This document shows, piece by piece, positions 14,419 through 24,782 of a DNA stretch of 34,212 nucleotides. The translations under genes and the position numbers were made by a program. A model generated the notes under the pieces. That model did no database searches. It worked only from the letters and a program-made list of their open reading frames with translations, and was not told the origin of the DNA. Where the stretch lies: positions 1-34,212 of the forward strand of contig NW_014040138.1 of NCBI RefSeq assembly GCF_001186125.1, written 5' to 3'. The DNA comes from Sphaeroforma arctica JP610. Its lineage: Eukaryota. Each line of letters begins with the position of its first letter. The stretch's first letter is position 1.

Positions 14419-14449
14419 ACCTTCCTGAATCGTGAACAGAGGTTCCTGG

Positions 14450-17160
14450 AGTCCGGAGAAGATTACGGAGGAGTTCGTACTTAGGACGAGACAAACTTTT
14501 GGTGAGTAAATCAGCTAAGTTGCCGTTGGTAGGAATGTAGGCAATGTCGATAATGTTTTTACCGACACAGTCCCTGATGTAGTGCGTGCGAATGTCTACG
14601 TGTTTGAGCCCTTTAGGGGTGCCAGTACCCTTGGCGACTTTGGTTGCACTTCGGTTATCGCAGTGAAGTTGAGTAGGTAGTTTCCGGTGGTATCCCATGG
14701 CATATAGAATGTTACGGATCCATGCAATATGTCGAACGCTTTCTGACGCGGTCACATATTCAGCTTCGGTAGAACCGATGGCGACAGTTTTCTGTTTGGC
14801 GCTCTTCCTGAGAGACCACAGGTCTCAGGCCAGATTTTACGAAACCATCTTTGATTTAAGGAAGTCAGCAGAGATAGCTCACTCCCGAGAGCTAAGTCAT
14901 CAGAGTTAGCTCACTCCCGAGAGCTAATCAAGTTGCTTAATTTACCCTCAAGAGTTGAGTTAATACTCAACCGACTTCCTAGAGCAGATTAAATTTCTCA
15001 ACCGATTCCCGAAAGTAGATTAAGTCTGTCAACCGCAATATTCTAAATATAGCTGCGGTTGTATGTAAGTCACAACCTATGCGAAAGACATCATGTGATC
15101 AGCGTGAGATTTAGTTGCAGGGAAGTTGAAATAGAATAGCGTCGAAGTGTTAAAGGTGTTCTGCATAAGGTTTCTCATGCTGACCATATGATATTTTACC
15201 CTGGCCAGCCCAAGCGGCTGAACACTAGCACAAACACCTTAGGTATAAAACCAAGGGTGAGGTCAGAAATAAATATATACATTTGCACTTTATTTAAAGT
15301 CTACTACATTGCACCCTAACACTTTCAGTAGATGGGAGCACCGTTAAAGCAGATGACGGTACCGGTCTGTGAGCGGCGATTAGCATAGTCACGGGCCCAA
15401 TCGGAGTCGGTAAAGCCCTGGAGGGCAGAGTCAATGGTCTGATTAGGAGCTCGACGACGGTATGTGATTTTAAAGTCTTTGGTGGCTTTAAGGTATTCTA
15501 GGATGCATTGTAGTGCGACAATGTGGCCCGTTGCTGGTTTAGTGGCAAAGGCAGCTAATTCATTGACCGTGGCAGCGATATCGATGCGTGTACGGTTGGC
15601 GGCGAAGCCAAAAGCTCCTAAAAGCTGTCAAGAATCTGTGCCAGTGTATGAGTCGGTTGTGGAGTCGGCAGGGTTGTGAGTGGTACCCGGTGTGTGTGTT
15701 TTGGTATTGTGCCATTGAGGTGAAATGTAGTGAGTACGTGTTCCACGTATGCCTGTTGATCTATCTCAATGCGATCAGGGTTTTGTCGGATTCGTAGACC
15801 TACAAGGTAACGCACACGGCCCATTTGAAAAAACAGCCAAGTTTCCTTGCACGAATTGCGGGGAACGGCGGGAGCAAGCTCATCAACATATAGGACTAGA
15901 AGAATGCGATGTTTGGAGTGGCACCAAATACTCTCGTCAGCGTCACTTTCTGTAAACCTAATTGATTGAAATCGTTTATTGATGTCGAGGTTACAAAGTC
16001 GGCCGGCTTGTTTCAAGCCTTAAAGGCCGCGCTTGAGTTTTAGTATTGTGTTAGGTGGACAAAACCCCAGTTCGACAGCACCAACGGGGGGGGGGGGGGG
16101 AGCGCATATAAAGCGGCGTATCAAGGTAAGAATTTAAGTATGCTGTGTCGACATCAAAGTGAAAGACGTCCAAGTCATAAAATGCAGCTTGTGCAAGAAA
16201 TGTCCGCAGCGTGGTTGAGGTGGCTGCTGGGGCATACGTGTCATGAAATGAGTCGCCCTCGACCTGTTGGCCGCTCCTAGCCACCATCCTAGCTTTATAA
16301 ATAGTAGGACTCTCGTGTTCATCGTGTTTTCGTGTAAGATCGTATTAGGAATGAATGATCTTGGTAACCGGTGGGACCTGTTCCGGTGTAACTATGTCCG
16401 CAAGATTGTTCTAAATGTGCGCCTTGTGTTCTGCTTGGATAGCCGAGAGCCATGACGATCATTCAGGTGTGCGTTGAGCTTGTTTAATACTTTTGGGTAA
16501 CGTATGATCAAGTGCGGCCGTGGCTTCGAGAAGGGTGTAGATAGTGGAAGCCGGGGACTGTAGTATGCGGATAGTAGGGTGGACAGATGAGTACGGAATA
16601 CCGGGTAGGACCAGGTTATCCGTCATAATTCGGTCGATGAGCAAAGTTGGGGGTGAGCCAATGCCGCACCAGACCACGGATGCACTCGGTATGTGCTGGC
16701 TGGCCGGGATCGGAAGTATCATAGGCGGAACCAACAAGCGCGATGACTCGGTTTGGACCGAAATTTGGAAGTAGTACTTCAACAGCATGATTAGCCGGGG
16801 TATGGGGAACATCTGCTAATTTGTCAGAGACGGGTGAGAGTACGGTGGTTGTTCTACATGCTGAAGAAATGATTCAATGTGTTTGTGGAGGTTCCAGATA
16901 CCGTGGAAGTCGTGGCGCGCCTGTTTTTTTGGTTGAGTAATTAATACACTGTGAAGTCCAAACTTAGTGCCGTCACAAATCATGTTCAACGTATACTTGT
17001 TGCCGTAGCGGTCAGCGGGCATAGGGCGCTGCAGGTCAGTGTCAATCTGCTTGACCGGCCCATAAATTGTGTCGGAGGTGTGATGAGGAACTGCCTTTCG
17101 TTTCAGCTTGCCCTCTATACAGACGCGCCAGTGTTTGGGAAATTCCGGGTTGTAAACTTC
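14450..17160 (-). pseudogene. Copia pol remnant: integrase N-part, reverse transcriptase, RNase H
   Basis: Integrase: CIEGKLKR...DTDLQRPM. RT: YKARMVAR..DTYAP..FDVDTAYLN, GLKQAGR, LYVDE. RNase H: GFTDSDWA, STEAEY, CDNRSA, KHVDIRTHYIR, NLADLLTKSL. Stops and frameshifts throughout. Confidence 0.95.
14809..15321 (+). mobile_element. Solo LTR (513 bp) of a different retroelement inserted in the Copia RNase H
   Basis: Starts TG, ends CA, flanked by a near-identical 5-bp TSD cttcc/ctttc. Contains TATAAAA (~15244) and AATAAA (~15268). Removing it restores GAPIYWKSAKQKTVA. Confidence 0.8.
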
Positions 17161-17397
17161 GATGGATATTTCTATGTTTTTAAACTATGTTGTATAAACT
17201 AAGATACAATATAAGTCAGTTAGGAATTAGCAGTGGTAGCTTGTGTACGAATGATCGGGACTGCCTCTTGTTAAGAGCCTTAAAATCTGCGATCACACAG
17301 GACGTACCTCTAGCTGTTCTTTATTGAATAATTTTCACTAGAAGTACTAAGTGTTCATGACCACATGTCTAATTTGTAGATAGACATAAGAACGTAA

Positions 17398-17752
17398 GTC
17401 AAGTTAATACATTAGCTAATATAAATAAAGTTCCTTCTGAAGAAAAGAAGAAAAAAAGAAAACAGACGTGTTGGATTTTGGAGATTGGCGGGAAGACCAA
17501 AACCTGTAAGTAGTAGATCAGAAATAAAAAAATCTAGTTTATAATATCCTACATCTACTATCGTCTTAAATATGTCCAGGTAGATGAGTCATACCTAATA
17601 CTCAGGCTATTGGAGCCATCAAAGTGAATTTAGAACACTTTGGAAATATTAGAAAAAGAACTTGTATTGAATTATTTTAAATACAAATAAAAACCAATGT
17701 GTTATCTCATTTGATCTTGATATTTTAGACTGACCGGACGCTGTATTTCTAC
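17398..17752 (+). repeat. Interspersed repeat copy B (inverted homologue of 7322-7632)
   Basis: See copy A. Both copies give related broken translations (LDFG.W.EDQN...AIKVNLEHFG). Confidence 0.85.
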
Positions 17753-18160
17753 ATAGCCCCCAGTAGCTTTCAGGACTACGGACGTACGTTAAGATACGAT
17801 CTAGTTTGTAAAGCGAAAAACCAAAGTACAACGGTTTCGGTCATGGCTTATCGAGTAAGTATGTGCCTATATGTACGAGTTTAAGACTCATGTTGTACTC
17901 TATGTCGTTTAGTATTTGGTCCAGCAACCATTTCCGATGTAGTCGCCTTACGTTTATTACTTGGTAAGGTAATAGCCAATGGTTTGTTCTTCATTAGTAA
18001 GTATGTTCGAAGAACTTTCTGCTCTGTTGGTAAGCAGATCAGAAAGTTTAGTCACATAGGAAGTAGGTGGCAAATAGGGAATTTCAGATCCATCAAGGGT
18101 TGTAGTCACCTGAAGAAACTCTTTCCGTTTATCTCGTGTGTTTTTATGTAAACGTTTATT

Positions 18161-19750
18161 TCATTTCTTATTAAAAATACGAAGGAAGTCGCGAGATTCA
18201 CAAAACGCATCGGAGGTTAGCCAAGTTACTGTCCCATCCATAAAACAGGTCTTGTAGTAAGTGTTACCGTCTTCGGATGTTTTGTCAATTATATCTCTGA
18301 CTTGTGACTCCATAACTGGGACATCATAATCAAATGAGCGAGCGAATGAAAGTTCGGAGGTAAGGATACGGTGAGCGCCTAGATTAGTTGTGCTAGTACC
18401 ATCTATGTTATTCACTTCGTAGGTATCACTCTTCTCATCATGGTAGGAAATAACAAAAGGTCCAATTGTCTTAGAAAAGAGTTCGGTAACGTTGGCATTG
18501 TAAGTTTCAGTCTATCAAGGCGATATTAACGCCTTAGAGTAATTTAACGCTTAGGTTAAGTCTAAGTATAGTTAAATTCGAAATAAGTAACGAAATGAGT
18601 CTTTTAGTAAAGTTAGGTATGCCTCGTGAAAACAGCAATACTCTGAGCGATTGTGAGGCTGAGACATTGCCTATATATAATCCTCTCAGTACTGTTTTCG
18701 CCGAAGGGATTTTATTTAGTGTTTCGTTGTCGCTCTATTAGAAACTATGGAGTGTTTTGTTGGGGCGAATCCGAGAGACTCATAAAATCTTATCTTTAGA
18801 AACATTAAATAATAACTTGCCACTTATCAAGAACTACCGACTTAGCCTTTATCAGACTGGCACATCTGGTTGGCTGAACGGAGGTTAAACTAGGTAGCGC
18901 TAATAGTCCCTAGAAACCTATATTCGGTTGAGCCATCTCGCTACCGAAGTATTCAGATATAAATAGATTTGGAAGTTAACATAGTTCTATTAATAGAAAT
19001 AGTCCAAATCATATCTTTGGCATTTTTATCTGGCCCTTTAATGGCCTTATCCAAATATCTGATATGTAAAATAGAAAAGGTATTTAATCAATAAAAACCG
19101 TTAAAAAAAACCATTTTAGGAAACTTAAGTTCCTCGTACTATTAAGAGTACGTTTATAGTTTACGTACTGCTTAAGAGTATGTTTATAACATAGAGTCTA
19201 ATGTGGAGGCCCGGCTACTAAAGCATTGCGATTTATAATGTCAACATAATCGCCAACTTTGAACTAAACAATGTTTTTAGTGTTATTCCATCTGTCATAC
19301 GCTTTAAGTATTACGTGATTTTTGTGCTCGAGTAAACAGGGGTAAACAACGTTTTGTATATGCTCGAACTTTTGTAGCCACGGAGTAACGTATTTCTCGG
19401 GCGCAGTTTTGTCAAACTTTGCTTGCAATTCACTATAGCGGCCAAAGAAATAATGAAACGGTTTGAGGATTCATGCAGTTATTCATTTCAGTCTGAACCC
19501 ATTTCAAACGATAAGACCACATATCCTCAACGTCATCTAGTGCGGTACGCAATAGTTTCTTCAGTTCTCTATGACGAGTCTCATTTGCACCCTGCGTTTG
19601 AGGTTTAAAAGGAACATCACGCCTATGTGTCATGCCTGATACGAGTATAAGTGCCTCCATTACATCGGTACAAAACTCACTACCGTTATCAGAACACAGT
19701 AACGACTCTGTCACTGTTTGCAAATGTTTGTTCGGTATTGCATAAGGAGT
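18161..19750 (-). pseudogene. Gypsy/Ginger-type rve integrase remnant with a C-terminal chromodomain-like segment
   Basis: SDNGSEF...PFKPQTQGANE (integrase D..E core, 19433-19723); FKVGDYV (~19245-19265); VRDIIDKTSEDGNTYYKTCFMDGTVTWL (chromodomain-like, 18161-18310). Confidence 0.75.
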
Positions 19751-19849
19751 GTGTTATATCATTCAAATAATATTATCCCTAAAAAAAAAATCCCTAAAAA
19801 AATAATAATATTATGGCAATAATGCCACGGACGGAGTAGTTGGAGTAAA

Positions 19850-20960
19850 AGTATCAGGTGGGACTGGCAAAGGAATAGAGGTGTTGTCGGGTGGAGGAGG
19901 CGATTCTTCTTGACGTCCGAGTCAGTGAGGTCAGCGTCACTTGGCGGTGGAGAATTGCGTGTGGCAAGCGTTCAAAGCCAGTGATAAGTACTGCTATACC
20001 CTCCCTTTGTTCGCGTAATGAGAGTGATGAGTCTGTGTGATGAATGAGGCATATACGCATGTTGATGAAAAATTCAAAGCGGTGCCCACTGTCCTGAAGT
20101 CTATTTTGGGAAACAACTATTTGCTGTGAAAGGAAAGGGCTGAGATAGGTTAGCCCTAAGCCAGAAAGAACTCCCCGGGTGGTAACGTGGGTGAGCATTG
20201 AATCATTAGCGAGAAGAAGAGGGAAGGTATGTCCAGTTTCAACATCAAGTAGTAAATGTTTAGCTGTAGTGTGGAGATAATTTACCCTTACAGAGGAATT
20301 TAGGACTGGACCAGAGGACCAGGCCTACGGGAATATTTTAGGTCCAAACCAGAGGACCGGACCTAGGCGATTATTCGAGGTGAGGACCAGAGGACCGGAC
20401 CGATTAATGGATTAGAGAAATTAATGAGATAGAAGTGATGACTCAACTGAAACCATAGAGACGGGTATTTTCACACAACGCAATGGTAGAGAAAGTTTCG
20501 TTCTACTTAGGATCGTGATTAATAAATATAGCAGTAACACCATTCCTAATAGCACTTCTGACTGAGTTCACTTATTTCAGACTTAACATTCTTTATTAAG
20601 TTTTACCTGGTTTTGACCATACCCCGCCGTCAATAAGAAGGGGATACATGGTAAAGTCTATTCGACAACGAAGTCATGTATTATATAAAAGGGAACGGCG
20701 AACGAACGAGACGGAGGCCAAGATGGCGGCATTGGGATCTAAATACTGCCATGTCTCGATTTACTCACAATTGTGAAGTAGAGAAATGTTGGTATAGTCA
20801 TTGGTGACAAGAAATTGTCGGACTTGATCTTGAGGGCCTGGTCAAGGCCAGAAAGTAAATGTCTTGGATGAATGCCGATGACAGGGAATTATCTTGGCTG
20901 GTAGCAATACGTTTTAACGTAGTACAGCGATTTTTCCATACGCAGCGCGTGTTTTCATCG
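19850..20960 (-). pseudogene. Copia gag C-part / protease / pre-integrase remnant
   Basis: WKNRCTTLKRIATSQDNSLSSAFIQDIYFLAL continues in frame from the gag piece at 28351. LLIDGG (~20640) and ILHRQV (~19950) are weak protease and pre-integrase motifs. Confidence 0.5.
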
Positions 20961-21110
20961 CAAAATACTCTTTATTTAGTGGCATATTTACCATTTTTTC
21001 ATGCCAAATGTAAAAATGCCTTCTTTTCATACCAAACTGATTTTTGCCTTTATTTCATGCCAAATGTAAAATCGCCTTTTTTTCATGTCAGATGTATAAT
21101 ACCTTTTTTT
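20961..21110 (+). repeat. Left terminal inverted repeat: four 28-bp units (core TTTCATGCCAAATG)
   Basis: Cores start at 20997, 21025, 21053 and 21081. Confidence 0.85.
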
Positions 21111-22668
21111 AGTTTGTGTACACATTTTGCAATTAAGGCTGTGGTTTTGCAATTTTGTGTCCGTTTGAACCGTCCTTGCTCGGGCACCAGGAATCTGCCT
21201 CACACCACATATAGCTCCTTCAGTACCAACAGGTAAGAGTCTACCGTTCGAGTCACGACGCAAGAGACAACGTGAGCCCTATCCGGTACCAACAGGCATG
21301 ACTCGAACGGTATAACCGTTCGAGTCACTGGACCAGAGACAATATGGCCTCTATTTAGTACCAACAGGTAAGAGTCTACCGTTCGAGTCACGACGCAAGA
21401 GACAACGTGAGCCCTATCCGGTACCAACAGGCATGACTCGAACGGTTATACCGTTCGAGTCACTGGACCAGAGACAATATGGCCTCTATTAGTAAGTACT
21501 TGTGTGTGCCCTAGTGCGTGCCTGTGTGGTAGTATTGGTGTGGGGGTAGTACACACACCCAAGGGTCACCGGATACGTGTCCGCTTCAAACGGACACAGA
21601 CGGCGGTTTTTGCAATTAAGGCTATGGTTTTGCAATTTTGTGTCCGCTTGAGCCGGACACAAATTGTGTCGTGCCCCTAGTAGTATTTGTGCGTGCCCCT
21701 AGTAGTATTTGTGCGCGCCCTAGTAGTATTTGTGCGTGCCCCTAGTAGTATTTGTGCGCGCCCTAGTAGTATTTGTGCGTGCCCCTAGTAGTATTTGTGC
21801 GCGCCCTAGGGGGTCGTCGCACCGTATACACTATACGGTCGCACCGTATACACTATACGGTCGCACCGTATACCCGGCGGTGCTGGGGACCTTCGACGAG
21901 AGTGTGCGCTTGAACCGGACACAAGGCGATGGTTTTTGCAATTAAGGCTGTGGTTTTGCAATTTTGTGTCCGCTTGAGCCGGACACAAGGCGATGGTTTT
22001 TGCAATTTTGTCGTCAGAAGCACGATAACCTGGTGATTTGACTGTGGCTTGCTCGGGTACCATCAATACCGACAGGTAAGTGTCTACCGTTCAAGTCACT
22101 GGACCAGAGACAATATGGCCTCTATTAGTAAGTACTTGTGCGTGCCCTAGTGCGTGCCTGTGCGGTAGTATTGGTGTGAGGGTAGTACACACACCCAAGG
22201 GTCACCGGTGATAGAACGCGCACAAAGGCGAGCTTGCTATCGTACGGTAGGCTCAATGGTACTTGCCAGTGCCTATGGTAGAACGCGAGCAAAGGCGAGC
22301 TTGCTATCGCGAACTCAATGGTACGTGCCAGTGCCTATGGTAGAACGCGAGCAAAGGCGAGCTTGCTGTCGCGAAATCTACGGTAGGCTCAATGGTACGT
22401 GCCAGTGCCTATGGTAGAACGCGAGCAAAGGCGAGCTTGCTGTCGCGAAATCTACGGTAGGCTCAATGGTACGTGCCAGTGCCTATGGTAGAACGCGAGC
22501 AAAGGCGAGCTTGCTGTCGCGAAATCTACGGTAGGCTCAATGGTACGTGCCAGTGCCTATCGTAGAACGCGAGCAAAGGCGAGCTTGCTATCGCGAACTC
22601 AATGGTACGTGCCAGTGCCTATGGTAGAACGCGAGCAAAGGCGAGCTTGCTGTCGCGAAATCTACGGT
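21110..22668. repeat. Composite array of hairpin-containing direct repeats
   Basis: 135-bp unit x2 (21222, 21357); alternating 22/21-bp units (21671-21809); 22-bp unit x2.5 (21816-21873); gtgtccg..cggacac hairpin units; 74/62-bp units x~6.5 (22210-22668). Block 21450-21572 recurs at 22085-22207. Confidence 0.95.
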
Positions 22669-23039
22669 AACAGTGGTCGGTTGGGGATTCACGGCGTCCA
22701 CAATCACCGGGGCCTTGCTGGGGGTGAGATCAATGGTTGGAGGTACCACGGGTGCTTCCGACGCCAGCTGGCCCGTGACGGGGTTGGGGTTGCAAGAAGA
22801 CTGCGACGGTTGCGGGTAATCTCAACCTGGAGGGATCACAGTACGACGGCATCATTCTGGATCTCTAGTCGAAAAGATGAAATTATTTCTTTTAAAAAAA
22901 CCCCGCGTAAATATTTCCATATACATATCCAGATACCCAGACACACACATAAAATATATATCCACATACACAGACACATACACATATAAAATATACACGC
23001 ATATAGTACATCCACCCACAAGTATATACGTATAAAATA

Positions 23040-23112
23040 TTCGTATACCCCGTTGCTGGTTTTTCCGATGCGCTTGGACAGACCAAAGTCGATCACATAG
23101 TACTTGGTTAGG
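23040..23112 (-). pseudogene. Captured protein-kinase fragment (subdomain VII)
   Basis: LTKYYVIDFGLSKRIGK, followed on minus by GTATAC and a TG/TA-rich intron-like tract (22915-23045). Confidence 0.55.
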
Positions 23113-23351
23113 TCCACAAAGTTGAACAGTAGGTTGTCCCGATATCCAATTGGTCGAGGCTCGAAACCGGCATTGGTTGAAAGTACACGTGATTTCGCTT
23201 ACTCTGTGTGAACAAATTAATAGGTGTCAAGAATAAACCAATTCTCTGGTGTTCACGAATTATAGCTGATTCATGAATGTATGAGAATGATGTGACGCAT
23301 ACCCGAAATTGGTATTTAAGGCATTCCAAACTTTCAAATTGAATTCACAAT

Positions 23352-24302
23352 ATGATGCCTAATGATCAACATGACGCCATTGGCCGGTTCGCAGTTATTG
23401 ACGCCGTGGTTGACTTTATTCTGGACTACGACGACTCGCCGATCAGTGTCGAGGCCGTACTGTGCATGGAACGTATCGTTCGCCACGAACCCGAGGCCGA
23501 GTGTCTCGTGCGGTTGATTCATCACAAGTTGCGCACGCTGCAGCGCAAATACGTGGGTGGTCCGACACGCACCATCAACGGCCCATCGGGCATCGACGGA
23601 CACTCGCTGTCGTGCGTACAGGGATCGGCCGCCGATCCACTGGCGGTGCTAGCATTACCCGACTGTACCGTGGAAATTGCCGACTGCAGTATTTGCCTCG
23701 AACAAGACGGCCACGGAAACGTTGTATCCAGTCTGCCCTGTGGACACGACTTCCACCGCACGTGTATTCGCCGCTGGTTGCAGTCCAGCACCCAGTGTCC
23801 CGAGTGCCGTGCCGAGTTGCCAGACACTGTAGGTGCAGCCGACAACGTGCCGGTGTTGAGTCTGGAGAATACCTGGACCTCCAATCAGGTTTTGGAAAAC
23901 CGAGTCTCACGATGGAACGTTGTGTCCTTGAAGCAAAAGAAAACCACCGGCTCGACCGGACTTGCACCGACCGTTTGGTTTATGGACTGCGACGGCGACA
24001 TGGTCAAGCGCGTCAAAAATCGACGCGGCAAGAAGAAGCTCGTGCGTGTGCCTTTCGACGAGTGGGTAAACGACCACGAACTGGCGGCAATAACCGTGCG
24101 TGTGTTTGACGACACCGACCGTTTCCCCTGCGTCTCGAAGGGACAGTTTGACAAGTCGTATGATGACGTCGCCACTCCGATGCGTGTGTTGACACTTTTT
24201 GTCCGCGACGGTATTGTGTACAAGCAGACCGCGAACGTGACTGTTTCTGCACACGCTTTCAGTGACACCTTGTTTTTCTCGATTTTCTCGAAAATATTGT
24301 GA
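23352..24302 (+). CDS. Intronless RING-H2 (C3H2C3) putative E3 ubiquitin ligase with an unknown C-terminal domain
   Basis: CSIC-x15-CGHDFHRTC-x10-CPEC in a 316-aa open frame, visibly GC-richer than the flanks. The last ~12 codons run into the adjacent repeat block. Confidence 0.9.
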   Translation: MMPNDQHDAIGRFAVIDAVVDFILDYDDSPISVEAVLCMERIVRHEPEAECLVRLIHHKLRTLQRKYVGGPTRTINGPSGIDGHSLSCVQGSAADPLAVLALPDCTVEIADCSICLEQDGHGNVVSSLPCGHDFHRTCIRRWLQSSTQCPECRAELPDTVGAADNVPVLSLENTWTSNQVLENRVSRWNVVSLKQKKTTGSTGLAPTVWFMDCDGDMVKRVKNRRGKKKLVRVPFDEWVNDHELAAITVRVFDDTDRFPCVSKGQFDKSYDDVATPMRVLTLFVRDGIVYKQTANVTVSAHAFSDTLFFSIFSKIL

Positions 24303-24782
24303 ATGGTGTTGCGAAAAAAAACTTGCACAGAATCGTCCGCTGGTGTTCCGTGCACGAAAATTATTGTCATCGATGTTGCGTACCGTGCACGAAACTTTTT
24401 TTCCCCGATTTTCTTGAAAAAAATGTGAACGGTGTTGCGACGCAACTTGCACAGAATCGTGTGCTGATGTACCGTGCACGAAACTTTTTTCCCGATTTTC
24501 TTGCACGAAACTTTTTTGTGCGGCGCGTGGCGTTGAGTTCATCACTCGAGGCTGAATGATGAACTGTGGAAAAACAAAACCTGGTTGGTACTCCCATGTT
24601 CGCGCTCGCAAATAAAACCATTCACCGATTTAGTTTTTATGCGTATAAGAGCGGCGACGCAACTTGTACGGAATCGTGTACTGATGTACCGCGCACGAAA
24701 CTTTTTTTTCCGAATTTCTTGAAAAAACGGTGTTGCGACACAACTTGTACGGAATCGTGTGTTGATGTACCGCGCACGAAAC
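24270..24782. repeat. Degenerate direct repeats (gtgttgcgacgcaacttgcacagaatcgtgtgctgatgtaccgtgcacgaaactttttt) between two convergent genes
   Basis: Copies near 24305, 24372 (partial), 24431, 24655 and 24729. Confidence 0.9.

Noticed and set aside
18492..19024. Insertion bounded by ttggcatt direct repeats
   Set aside because: No TIR or TG..CA at the matching positions; an 8-mer match in AT-rich DNA is not enough.
21222..22668. CRISPR-like array
   Set aside because: The repeats are head-to-tail with no unique spacers, there are no cas genes, and the context is eukaryotic.
22208..22989. ORFs with repeated RTQWYVPVPMVEREQRRAC
   Set aside because: They arise from 74/62-bp repeats whose lengths are not multiples of three.
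23335..23343. Mimivirus early promoter AAAATTGA before the RING gene
   Set aside because: Only CAAATTGA (7 of 8) is present, once; easily chance.
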